From contig CM075977.1 in assembly GCA_038087875.1 (NCBI GenBank), positions 157,728,001 through 157,792,000 of the forward strand: a stretch of DNA of 64,000 nt, given 5' to 3'. Source of the DNA: Malacoraja senta (lineage: Eukaryota). A program made the position numbers and the translations under genes. Numbering within the stretch: position 1 is the stretch's first letter; every line of letters starts with the position of its first letter. The notes under the pieces are model-generated. The model did not search any database. It saw only the letters and a program-made list of their open reading frames with translations, and was not told where the DNA came from. Shown here piece by piece: positions 36,469 to 48,505 of the stretch.

Positions 36469-38304
36469 TTATCCCTACATGTTTCTTGAATATGGGGGAC
36501 AAGATTAGCAACCTTCCAGTTTTCCGATAACTCACCAATGGCTAAAGATGATGTAAAAAGCACTCCTTTTGGATCCATTATGTTACTAAACAGTGCTCGG
36601 AACCAATCAACTTCAGAGCCATTTTGGGATTTTTATTTTAGTCTGTAACCAATCCCACAGGTGATCAACTATTGAGTGTATTGGCTTGTGTACATGTGGG
36701 CTTTCACAATGTTCATATTAAGCTTAATTAGTGCAAATCAATTTTTGCCCAATTGCCAATTTGCAGAATTTAACACAATTGAATTCTAGCAGTGCTCTAC
36801 TCAGTTACAACATTTCCTCATCTGCAAAATGACTAACAATGAGAAACTTGGTCTTTCACTGCACGGACTGTTAAATAATAAAAAGGTAGTAGCCATGTTG
36901 TACCCTGGTTTAGGAATACTACTATTTTATGAAAAACACTCTATGTTACACATTGTCCTCTGCAGCGATGAGAGTGGAGGACAATGCAAGCTTGAACGTA
37001 ATTGAACATAGCGTTTTGACATTCACAGAATTAGCCTTGTTAAGTGAAATCCTGAAGATAAATGATTTACCCCTATGCAATTTGTGTTGAAAAATGATCA
37101 CTTTGGCAGCAGGGTTAATGAAGATGTTGGCGAGCAGGATAAGTCCTTTTGCAGAGTGAATTACTTTGTCTTAAGCAGAGCTTCGGAAAGACATTAATCA
37201 GCAGATTTGGTACAACGAATGGTGGTAAAAGAAAGATGAGGAAGGTAGAAAACTTGGGATGAGGTAAGTATTAGTCCATTAATTATCAAATGCAGAAGCA
37301 GTCTATTGCTATCATCATGAAGGGATCATTATATATCACTGCTTGGAATAGATGTCCAGGTCTGATTTTTCTAATAAGCATGCATAAAATGTATCTGTGA
37401 TCCTAAAATTGTGCATGCATCGCACACTAGAGTGCAGTAAAACAAATTAGAATGCCAACAAGTCTCTGACTTTATAATCAGCTGAGTGGTATTAGCTGCT
37501 GATCAACCCTATTAATATTGACCCATTTGCTGATCATGTGTGTAAATGATGTATGTGTAAATGATTTTTGCAAGAGTGCCAGATAACAGATTAACATAGT
37601 CGGAAACAAATATTCTGAGGTGCATTTTACATTTATTAACATGTCGCTGTGGAATGAAGTAAATTGTTAAGTTGGTATCTGTAATTAAAAAGAAATGCAA
37701 CAGAACACAAGAAAAGAAATACAGTGCGTTAGCTAAACCAGACTTCTCTCAGGTCACGTAGGATTACAGGAAAAACGGTGCAGACATGAGTTATTCAGCA
37801 CAACTAGTCCATGCTAGAGTTCTGCTCCATTTAGCCTGCGTTACCTCATTAAATTTATTAGCATAACCCTCTATTCCTCTCTCCTTCATTTGCTTTTCCA
37901 TCCTCCTTTAACATGTATCTATATTTTTTCTCTCAATTGCTCCCTCCAGTAACATTCCACTTTCTCACTGCTCTTTGCAGTCGATTTGAACTCATTTTGA
38001 TAAGGCCCTCTGGGTCAGGATTACTCAATGTTTCCTAATTCCTGATTAACCAGTCAGAAGTTGGGAACCACTTTCATAACTACATGAATCACAATCTAGC
38101 CAGATGGCCATTGGAGTTTAGCTCAGAGTTGTACCCAGATTTTTAACCTTTTATTTAGTGATTGTTAACTTTCTCTACTGCAGTTTTGGTAAATGCCAGC
38201 TGTAGAAAGAGATAGTTTGCCTTAACAACCTCATTAGGCTAATACCAGAATTGTATGTTGTAGGTCTATATCTTATGAATGTCCAAAGTTGCAATAGCTT
38301 CATT

Positions 38305-38496
38305 TCATAAGAGCAGAATTAGGCCGCTTGGCCCATCAAATCCACTCTGCCATTTAATCATGGCTGTTCTGTTTTTCCCTATTGTTCTGCCTTCTCCCAT
38401 AACATTTGACACCCTTACTAATCGAGAATTTGTCAATCTCTGCTTTAAAAAAATACCAAATGACGACCTCCACAGCCATCTGTGGCAATGAATTCC
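38305..38496 (-). mobile_element. CR1 3' tail hosting the L2 insertion (resumes at about 42309-42370)
   Basis: CAGCCATCTGTGGCAATGAATTCC continues as TTCACTAGCCTCTTACTAAAGAAATTCCTCCTCATCTCC. Confidence 0.75.
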
Positions 38497-38622
38497 AATA
38501 ATAATAATACATTTTATTTGTATAGCGCTTTTCAAGGGCTCAAAATCGCTTTACATGCAGAGTCAAAAACAAAAGAAAATAGAGCAGTAAGACAGAGATG
38601 CAAAGGGGAGGGGGACATGGGA

Positions 38623-41600
38623 CTAAGGGTATGCAGAGGTGAAGAGATGGGTCTTGAGGCAGGACTGGAGGATGGTGAGGGACTCAGAATTTCGGATCAA
38701 TTGTGGGAGGGAGTTCCAGAGCCTGGGAGCTGCCCTGGAGAAGGCTCTGTCTTCAAAAGTGCAGAGGTTGGATTTCGGAATGGAGAGGAGACCGGCTGAT
38801 GTGGATCTGAGGGACCGTGAGGGTTGGTAGGGGGAGAGGAGGTCAGTGAGACAAGGGGGGGCCAAGTGGTTGAGGGCTTTGTAGGTGAGGACCAGGATTT
38901 TGTAGATGATCCGGTGGGAAATGGGAAGCCAGTGAAGTTCTTTGAGAACTGGGGTGATGTGGTGCCAGGATTTGGTGTGGGTGATGAGTCGGGCGGCTGC
39001 ATTCTGGACCAGTTGGAGTCGGTTGATGTTGCTGGAATTAATGCCAAAGAGAAGAGAGTTACAGTAGTTCAGTCGGGAGGAGATGAAGGCATGGATGAGT
39101 CTTTCAGCAGCGGGGGGTGTGAGAGAGGGTCTGATTTTGGCAATGTTGCGGAGGTGAAAAAATGATGTTTTGACAACATGGCGGATGTGAGGCTCAAGGG
39201 AGAGGGTTGAGTCAAAGATCACGCCAAGGTTGCGGGCCTGAGGAGATGGGGAGACAGTGGTGCCATCAATAGTGAGAGTGGGGTTGTTAATTTTGGTAAG
39301 TGTTGATTTGGAGCCAATGAGGAGAAATTCTGTTTTGTTACTGTTTATTTTAAGGAAGTTGAGTTGCATCCAAGATTTGATGGCTGACAGGCAGGAGTTG
39401 ATATGGGAGAGAGGGGGGTGGTGGGGGGACTTGATGCTGAGATAGATCTGGGTGTCATCAGCATAGCAATGGAAGTCCAGGTTGAAGTGACGGAGTATGT
39501 GACCAAGGGGGAGGATGTAGATGATGAAGAGGAGGGGACCGAGAACGGAGCCTTGGGGAACGCCTTGAGAGACAGTGGCTATGGCAGAGGTGTGGTTATG
39601 GAGAGAGATGAAGTGGGATCGGCTGGAAAGGTAGGAACGGAGCCAGCTGAATGCAGAACCTTCAATGCCAAGGTCTTTAAGTCTGGTAAGCAGGATATGG
39701 TTCACGGTATCGAAGGCTGCACTCAGGTCGAGGAGGATGAGGATGTTGAGGGAACCAGTGTCAGCAGAGGTGAGGGGGTCGTTGAGGACTTTGAGGAGAG
39801 CATTTTCTGTGCTATAGAGGGGGCGAAAGCCAGATTGGAGGGGTTCGAATAGGTTATACGCGAGGAGGTGGGAATGAAGTTGTGACGAGACGATACGCTC
39901 CAGGGTTTTTGAAAGAAAGGGGAGGTTTGAGATAGGGCGGTAGTTAATGAGAGAGGAGGGATCAAGACCAGGTTTCTTTAAGATTGGTGTGACAGCAGCA
40001 GTTTTTAAAGCAGAGGGGACAATGAGGAGTTGAAGAGATTAGTGAGGGAGGGGCAGAGAGCGGGGAGGCAGGACTTCAGCAGGGGAGTGGGGAGAGGGTC
40101 GAGGGAGCAGGTAGTGGGTTTGGAAGTGCTGATGAGTTTGGAGATTTCAGTAGGGGTGACCGGGTCAAACTGGGAGAGGAAGCAGTGTGGAGGAGGGGTA
40201 AGGAGGTCAGTGGAGATGTTGAAAGGAGGGGCCTTGGTAGGTGGTGGAGTAGATGCTGGGGAGTCGGGTACAGGGGATAAAGATTGATAGATGGTGCTGA
40301 TTTTGTCAGCGAAAAAGTGGAGGAATGAGTTGCAGAGATCCGGAGTGGAGGTAGGGAGAGTGTTGGCTCGAGGCTTGAGGAGGTTGCACACTGTGGAGAA
40401 GAGGGTTCTGTGGTTTAGGCAGGGGTCGGTGAATATGGAGGAGAGATAGGCAGATTTAGCAGCAATGAGGGCATCTTTGTAGGCAGTGAGGTGGAGCTTG
40501 TAAGCTTCATGGTGGACTGTGAGAGATGATTTATTTATGAGTCGTTCAAGTCGGCCACCAGTCTGTTTCAGCTATACGAAGTGCAGGTGTGTACCAGGGT
40601 GAAGATTTATTAAAAGTTACGGTTCTTGTTTTGAGGGGAGCCAGAGTGTTAAGGGAGGTAGACAAGGTGGAATTGAGATGGTTTGTGAGATCATCAGGTG
40701 AGATGTGGGTTGAGTCCAGGGGGAGAGTGGTGGAGAGCAGGTCAGAGAGATGGTGGGGGTCGATGGATTTTAGATTACGGAAGGTGATTTCTCAGAGGAA
40801 GCGGGGGCGAGGCGTCGGAGAAGGGATGATGAACCGTATAAGCTTATGATCAGAGAGGGGGAAGAGGCATGGATGGAGGTCGAGTACCGGTTGATTTGTA
40901 GAGTGGACCAGGTCAAGGATGTGACCTTTGTCATGAGTGGGAAAGGTGACATGCTGAGTGAGAGAGAAGTTGTCAAGTAAAAAAGCGAATTCAGATGTGA
41001 GCTTGCAGGTGGGGGAGTCCATATGAATATTTAAGTCACCAAGTAGCAGCAGACGTGGGGAGAGAGATGAGGCAAGTGTGAGGAGTTCAGTGAAGTCAGA
41101 TAGGAAGGAGGGGTTTGGTTTAGGTGGCCGGTAAATGAGGATGACTGTCATGGAGGAAAGGGCTTTGAAGGCGAGGAATTCAAATGATGCTATTGGGGGG
41201 AGGGGGAGTTCAGCGATCGGAAAGTTCTGGTTGAAAATAACAGCAAGGCCATCTCCATGGCGGGAGGGGCGGGGTTTGGAGATATAATTAAATCCAGATG
41301 GGGATGCTTGATTGAGGGAGAAGAAGACATTGGGTTGTTGCCAGGTTTCATTGAGCAGAAGGAAGTCAAGAGTGTTGTCAAGGATTAGTTCATGGAGGGC
41401 AAGGGCTTTGTTGTTGAGCGACCGGGTGTTGAGGAGGGCAAAGTTGGCATTGTGAGAGGGTGGAGGGATGGGGGCAGGCTGGAGAGATCTGAGGTTGTCC
41501 CAGTTGAAAGTGCATGTGGTCAGCTGGGATGGGGGTGACGCGGTTGAGGGGGGGCAGAGCGTGGTAGCGAGCAGATGGATGGAATGTCCGTGGCCGAAGC

Positions 41601-41736
41601 AAACAAGCTTGCATCGAGAGCCTCTGTTGATGTAACGGGGTCGACGCAGAAGTCGAAACTGTTTAATGACTGGTATGCAGGATGGGATGTAATTGTTGAA
41701 GAGACCAGTCAGCCGCAGAGCCGAGTATTTGAGCAT
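38623..41736 (-). pseudogene. L2 endonuclease/reverse transcriptase ORF with frameshifts and a deletion near 40020
   Basis: ORF pieces 40792-41736 (from MLKYSALR), 40005-40391 and 38623-39705. Confidence 0.88.
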
Positions 41737-41769
41737 GATGAGGAGCCCGAGCAACTGCAGGAAGCAGCA

Positions 41770-42125
41770 GAGAGGTTGTCCAGCGGTGAGGGTGCAGAGA
41801 GGTGTCCAGCAGAGAAGGCGAAGAGGGGTGTCCAGCAGCGAGGGCGCAGAGAGGCCGTCCAGCGGTGCAGGTGGAGAGGGGCGTCCAGCGGTGCAGGTGG
41901 AGAGAGTATCCAGCGGTGAGGGAGCAGAGAGGCCGTCCAATAGAACGGGTGCAACGAGGTGTCCAGCAGTGAGGGAGCAAAGAGGCCGTCTAGCAGTGCA
42001 GGTGCAGCGAGGCGGCCAGCAGTGCAGGTGCAGGGGCCGTTTAGCGCTGGTGCAGAGAGGCTGTCCAGGGTGCGGGTGCAGTGAGGATCCAGCGTCACTG
42101 GTGCAGGGAGGTGTCCAGCGTCGAT
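41770..42125. repeat. Degenerate tandem repeats of about 25 bp (GTCCAGCGGTGCAGGTGGAGAG-like) in the L2 5' UTR
   Basis: Direct reading. Confidence 0.75.
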
Positions 42126-42923
42126 GGTGCACAGACAGGTAACAGACAGGTTACAAAAGAGGGGGGGGGAATGGCGGGCGGAGAAGCGGCGAACAGTCAA
42201 CGCCAGCGTCCTCTCCGGGCAGCGTGCCGGGTTCTAGCGGCTAGCGATGTAGGCCACAGGGCGACAGCCGTCAGCTGTCAGCTGAAGATCGTTCCACGGC
42301 CTTCAGTAATTCACTAGCCTCTTACTAAAGAAATTCCTCCTCATCTCCTTTCTAAAGGTACATCCTCATAGGTGGGAAAGAGCAGTGCCCAGTAGATTTG
42401 TCACAATGTAGACTTTTGCTTACATTATTTTGTGAACCGATTTAACTATCAAGTTTGAAAGAGACATTTGGCTTTATGGGCATTCATAACAAATGTAACA
42501 TAATTTTATTTTGTAATTTGAACATCTAATTAACAAGTTTCTCCAACACAATGGCCAGCATACTTACAGTAGGCTTTGTGAATGCACATTGACTCCCCTG
42601 GTGTCCACAAAAAGCCCATAAAACCGGTTCAATTTGTGATCAATTTTTCTCCCTTAAGAGTAAACGCAACAGTATATATCTGAAATAACTACAGTCAGGT
42701 TCTTAATAATATTTATAAAGACGGTAACCATCAGTGATCAAAGAAAAAGAAGGAAGATAATTTGAAGCACAGTGTGGATTTAGATTAAACATTTATGTGG
42801 CTTCCTGGAGATAAGCATTAATGTTTATGAATTACCCATTGCAGACAGTCTTCTTTTCACTGGTTCCTGTAGTCTGCTTAGTCCATAAACCCCGATAGAA
42901 GAATAGTCACGTCATAAGTGCGA

Positions 42924-44516
42924 ATAAACCTAAAGTATTAGGGGGTTTAGCACTACCTAATTTTATGTATTATTATTGGTCAGTAAATATTAAAAATATG
43001 ATTCAACTGATGGATAACTCCGCCCAGCAAGTGGACTGGATTGTAATGGAGAAAGAGGATTGCTCCTCTAGAAACATTGGAGCGATCCTCCTCTCTCCAA
43101 TGAAACTGAATAACATAAATTATAATAAGAACCCAATTATTCATAGTACAATCCGAATTTGGAAACAAATAAAACAAAATTTAAAATTAAGAAATTTATC
43201 ACTTTTATTACCTATAGTCAATAACCCTTCGTTTAATCCTTCTATTATAGATAAAGCTTATACACAATGGGATAGATTAGGAATTAAAACGCTTGGTGAC
43301 TTGTATGAAACTGGAAAATTACTTTCATTTCAACAATTACAAATAAAATATAAACTCGGAAATAATCAATATTTTAAATATTTTCAAATATGCGACTATT
43401 TGAAAAAATATATAAAAGATCATTATAATAACCCAGTAGATGTATTGGACGAGGCAATGCAGATAAAAGCGGAATCAGCAAACTTAATATCTTATTTGTA
43501 TAATATTATCTTAAATGTACAAATACCACCTACGGAGGGTATCAGAAGAGACTGGGAACAAGAGTTAGCTATTAAAATTTCAAAGGAAAGTTGGAATGAA
43601 TACTTATTAAACGTGCATAAATGCTCGATTAATGTAAGACACACTTTAATACAATTTAAAATTTTACATAGATTATATTATTCGAAAACTAAAATTCATA
43701 AAATTTTCCCAAATGTATCATCTATTTGTGATAAATGTCAATCCCAAGAAGCTACTATAGCGCACTCATTCGTTTTCTGTACAAAAATTCAAAAATTTTG
43801 GAATGAAATTTTTGAAATCTTTACAAAGTTATTTAAAACAAGACTGATACCCAAAGCAGAATGGATTATCTTCGGTATAACGGAAGATGGTCCAGAACTA
43901 AATGTGTTTCAAAAGAAACTAATGGACTATGGGTTAATAATTGGAAAAAAGCTAATTCTAAAATTTTGGAAGAAGGCTTCAATACCAACTATAAATATGT
44001 GGATTTCAAATATGTTTGAAACATTACACCTAGAAGAGATAAGACTCCTCCTAGCAGGTAAACCAGATCACTTCCACCTGACATGGTCTGCATTTATAGA
44101 ATTATTACAAACATAGGGTGCAAAAGTACTTAAAAAAAAAAAAAAAAAATTGAGGTCAGGTAAGGGGGGGATGATAGTTGAAGAGTTGGTATGTCCCATT
44201 TACGTAATGCTCATAAAAATATTTGTTTCTCTCTTTTTCCTCTTTCTCTCTCTCTTTCTTTCCTAGGGTCTATTTCTTAACTCTTTTTCTTTTGTTTTTA
44301 ATTTTGCTCTTATAGGGTCTTCGTCCTTTTTTGTTGTCACATTTCCTACACTTTCACTTTTTCCTTCACTTTCTTCTTTCTTTCAATCTTTTCCTTTTCT
44401 AGTGTAAAAAATAAATGGAGTACATTAATTGTAAGAAGATATAAATGACGAGTACTAATGTATGTGGTTGTAATGTAATGTACTTCTAATAAATAAAAAT
44501 TTAAAAAAATAAAAAA
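42924..44516 (+). mobile_element. L1-clade LINE, 5'-truncated, with an uninterrupted ORF2 C-terminus (to 44116)
   Basis: PKVLGGLALPNFMYYYW, QFKILHRLYYS, CDKC..ATIAHSFVFC..FW; AATAAA 44488 plus poly-A; TSD AAGTGCGA at 42916-42923 and 44517-44524. Confidence 0.92.
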
Positions 44517-44733
44517 AAGTGCGATTTTGTTAGATGTTAGTGATGAACAGCTTCAAGGAGAATAAAATGCAGTAAGTGTTGATGAGCAGTAAACATATAT
44601 GACCAATACTTTATACGTTCTTTCCCCAAATATAAGTAAGGTATTGATAAGATCCAAGCCTGGAAATTCTACTCGAACCAAAAATGTGTGCTAAAATTGA
44701 AATGCACAAGGAACCCTAGTCAGGTTGACCCAA

Positions 44734-44984
44734 ATAGACACAAAGTTCTGGAGGAACTCAGTAGGTCAGGCAGCATCTCTGGAGAAATGGAATGGGTGAC
44801 GTCTTGGCTTGGGTCCCTTCTTCAGACTGAAGAATTATTATTTAAGTCTGAAGAAGGGTCCAGACCCGTAACGTCATTCATCCTTTTTCTCCAGAGATGC
44901 TGCCTGACTTGCTGAGTTACTCCAGAACTTTGAGTCTGTCATTGGTATAAACCAGCATCTGGAATTTCCTTGTTTCTACAACAT
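44734..44984. mobile_element. Fold-back Penelope-like short element
   Basis: Inverted arms of about 90 bp; TSD GTTGACCCAA at 44724-44733 and 44985-44994. Confidence 0.75.
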
Positions 44985-45396
44985 GTTGACCCAATGTAGA
45001 TCACTCCTGTAATCCATGCATGGACTTCATTAACTTGACTATGCAGTGTTTAATTCACACCAACCGTGTTCTACAAAATGTTATCACACATTCGCATGAT
45101 ATCATTTCAGGTCTCCGGATTAATTCCTGCAGTGGTAATTGCTTTCAATGACCAGGGTAAATGATCGGGCATCTTTTGAAAGTTTTGCAGAACTCTTGTA
45201 GAATGGACGCAGAAACACAAAATCCTGAATGAGGGGAAACGGATTCAGGCAATGGTTTCTGATTCCCAAATGCTTTCCAATGGTCAAACTGCACAACTGA
45301 AGTATTCCAAGGGAAATGGACTGGCTGAGAATGAGTTCCTGCCGAAGATGATCATTATTTTCTGACAGGGATTGCATACGTTTCAATGGAATGTTA

Positions 45397-46307
45397 TGGG
45401 CCTGTCCCACTTTGGCGACTTTTTAGGCGAGTGTAGGAGACTCTGCGCTTGCCACATGGTCCCCACATGTTCGTTGGTGGTCTCTGGTGAGTCTCCTTCA
45501 TGGTCGCGAGGAGTTCCCGCTTTCTGGGAACTAGTCGCTGCCTCAGTATGGTCGCCACAATTTTTTCAACATGTTGAAAAATTTTCTGCGTTCAAAAATT
45601 GGTCGCCATGGAGATAATCGATAATCCTGTAGTTGTAGGTGCAGTTGTAGTGGGATCGCCATGCAGTTGTAGGTAGTCGAGGTAGTTGTAGGTAGTTTTA
45701 GTTAATCGCCTTAGCTGACCGGTCATTTTCATTGACTCATTGGGGAAAAAAAACGTAAGCAGGGGTTTTCAGAACCAAGGATAACCGACCGGTAATGTTA
45801 AATGTGCACCAAACTTCACAGCTGTGTATCTCTGGCTTATTAAAAGTTGTCTGACTTCTTAAAAGTTGTCTCCACTCCTTCTCCCCCCTCTTTTAAAGGA
45901 CTTACCGTACACTGTGCTAGCTGTCTTAATTACAGCACCAACCTTCCTGTTCATCGCGGTGTGTCTGTATCACCTTGGCTTTGCACCGTNNNNNNNNNNN
46001 NNNNNNNNNNNNNNNNNNNNNNNNNNNNNNNNNNNNNNNNNNNNNNNNNNNNNNNNNNNNNNNNNNNNNNNNNNNNNNNNNNNNNNNNNNNNNNNNNNNN
46101 NNNNNNNNNNNNNNNNNNNNNNNNNNNNNNNNNNNNNNNNNNNNNNNNNNNNNNNNNNNNNNNNNNNNNNNNNNNNNNNNNNNNNNNNNNNNNNNNNNNN
46201 NNNNNNNNNNNNNNNNNNNNNNNNNNNNNNNNNNNNNNNNNNNNNNNNNNNNNNNNNNNNNNNNNNNNNNNNAGTTCTCGGTTTTTCGCCTAAGTGGGAC
46301 AGGCCCA
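45397..46307. mobile_element. PIF/Harbinger MITE spanning the assembly gap
   Basis: TIR TGGGCCTGTCCCACTT / AAGTGGGACAGGCCCA, TTA TSD on both sides. Confidence 0.88.
45990..46272. other. Assembly gap (283 N)
   Basis: N run. Confidence 1.
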
Positions 46308-46859
46308 TTAGGTGCTTCCCTTCACAAACAAATAAGGGTCCCACTGTAGAACCCATTTGATTACATTTGTGCAGTGTGGAGCTTCATGATCTTTGAGAAA
46401 TGTGCTTGAAAAATCCGCATTGCCTGCTGCTTTCTGCTCAAAGCAAAAAATAATACTTTTCCTCTACCTGAGTAGGGATTCCCAGTAAAATATTGAAAGC
46501 AGCTACGAGTTGCATTCAGCTGCTATGCAATGCTCCAGAGATCAGGTTCCGAATTACTTTGACCCTCACTGGCCTGGACAGAGCCGTCCTGGAATATGTC
46601 CTTGGCTGGTGCTGTGTCTGCAATAAGGAGCTGATGCGTGTTGCAATTACCATTGACAATTATTACTATTGTTATTATTAGGACTGCTACACTGGAATGA
46701 ATCTTGGAGGAACAGATTCTCCTGACCAGAACTCTCCTTCTTTGGGTTTGTTTGACAAGAAACGCATGCCTCTGTTCTTTCTCCTCTTCCCAACGATAGT
46801 AACCATTCTGCTGAACCACAACTGAGATTCCCAAGTAACAATGCAGTGGTACAGTAGCA

Positions 46860-47140
46860 AAGCCACTTGATTGAGATTCTTTCCTAACCTCCAGTGTTGG
46901 TTTGTGTACTTTGCATGTTCTTTCTCTGACTGCATGGTTTCTTCTAGATGTCTCAGTCTCTCTCACATGCTGGAGATGGGTGGGTTCTGTAAGTTAATTG
47001 GCCACTGTAAATTGTCCCCAGTCTGCGGGTAGGTGATAGAATGGGGTTGTGAAAAAAATAAAAGTGGGATTAATGTAGAAGGGTGATTTGTGGCTAGCGT
47101 GGACTTGTTGGACCAGAGGGCCCGTTTCCACAGCGTATGA
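46860..47140 (+). mobile_element. Degenerate HE1-like SINE
   Basis: TGTAAGTTAATTGGCCACTGTAAATTGTCCC and GGGCCCGTTTCCACAGCGTATG tail. Confidence 0.6.
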
Positions 47141-47216
47141 TTGGATGAATCTATTTTAATGTGAAAACTATACATTGACAAAGGCAAACTCCAAACTATA
47201 ATTCTGACAGCCTCGT

Positions 47217-47795
47217 TTGAGACCACACCTGGAGTATTGCGTACAGTTTTGGCCTCCTAATCTGAGGAAAGACATTCTTGCCATAGAGGGAGTACAGAGA
47301 AGGTTCACAAGACTGATTCCTGGGATGTCAGGACTTTCATATGAAGAAAGACTGGATAGACTCGGCTTGTACTCGCTAGAATTTGGAAGATTGAGGGGGA
47401 TCTTATAGAAATTACAAAATTCTTAAGGGGTTGAACAGGCTAGGTGCAGGAAGATTGTTCCCGATGTTGGGGAAGTCCAGAACAAGGGGTCACAGTTTAA
47501 GGATAAGGGGGAAGTCTTTTAGGACCGAGATGAGAAAAACATTTTTCACACAGAGAGTGGTGAATCTCTGGAATTCTCTGCCACAGAAGGTAGTTGAGGC
47601 CAGTTCATTGGCTATATTTAAGAGGGAGTTAGATGTGGCCCTTGTGGCTAAAGGGATCAGGGGGTATGGAGAGAAGGCAGGTACAGGATACTGAGTTGGA
47701 TGATCAGCCATGATCATATTGAATGGCGGTGCAGGATCGAAGGGCCGAATGGCCTACTCCTGCACCTATTTTCTATGTTTCTATGTTTCTATGTT
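47217..47795 (+). mobile_element. Young CR1/HER1-like 3' end
   Basis: [18 protein letters not shown]..; (TTTCTATG)n tail. Confidence 0.93.
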
Positions 47796-48505
47796 TACCG
47801 CCAATTAACAAAGCAAGCTCACTTAGAGTCAGAGAGTGATACAGTGTGGAAACAGGCTCTTCGGTCCAACTCGCCCACACCGCCAACAATGTCCCAGCTA
47901 CACAAGTCTCACTTGCCTGCGCTTGATCCATATTCCTCGAAACCTGTCCTATCCATGTACCTGTCTAACTGTTTCTTAAATGATGGGATAATCACAGCCT
48001 CAACTACCTCCTCTGGCAGCTTGTTCCATACACCCACCACCCTATGTGTGAAAAAGTTACCCCTCGGATTCCTATTAAATCTTTTCCCCTTCACCTTGAA
48101 CCTATGTCCTCTGTTCCTCGATTCCCCTACTCTGGGCAAAAGTCTCTGTGCATCTACCCGATCTATTCCTCTCATGATTTTGTGTACCTCTATAAGATCT
48201 CCCCTCATCCTCCTGCACTCAATGGAATAGAGACCCAGCCTACTCAACCTCTCCCTATAGCTCACACCCTCTAGTCCTTGTAAGTATTTTCTGAATCCTT
48301 TCAAGCTTGACAATATCTTTCCTGTAACAGGGTGCCCAGAACTGAACACAATATTCTAAATGCGGTCTCACCAACGTCTTATACAACTGCAACATGACCT
48401 CCCAACTTCTATACTCAATACTCTGACTGGTGAAGGCCAAAGTGCCAAAAGCCTTTTTGACCACCTTATCTACCTGTTGTACAAAGATTAGTGGTTATGC
48501 AGATA

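Larger units (their letters stand above)
38497..42308 (-). mobile_element. Near full-length single-ORF L2-clade LINE
   Basis: APE endonuclease (ALLNTRSLNNK, NETW, IYRPPK, LLLGDLNIH, THDKGHILDL, SDHKLI) and RT (GVPQGSVLGPLLF, YADDTQIYL, RNLGVIFDS); (ATT)n tail; repeat-rich 5' UTR. Confidence 0.93.

Noticed and set aside
41737-42132. N-terminal extension of the 446-aa ORF as an ORF1
   Set aside because: Read-through of tandem 5' UTR repeats
42965-44116. 383-aa host gene
   Set aside because: It is the L1 ORF2 C-terminus, bounded by poly-A and TSD
45847-46360. ORFs containing X runs
   Set aside because: Artefacts of the N gap
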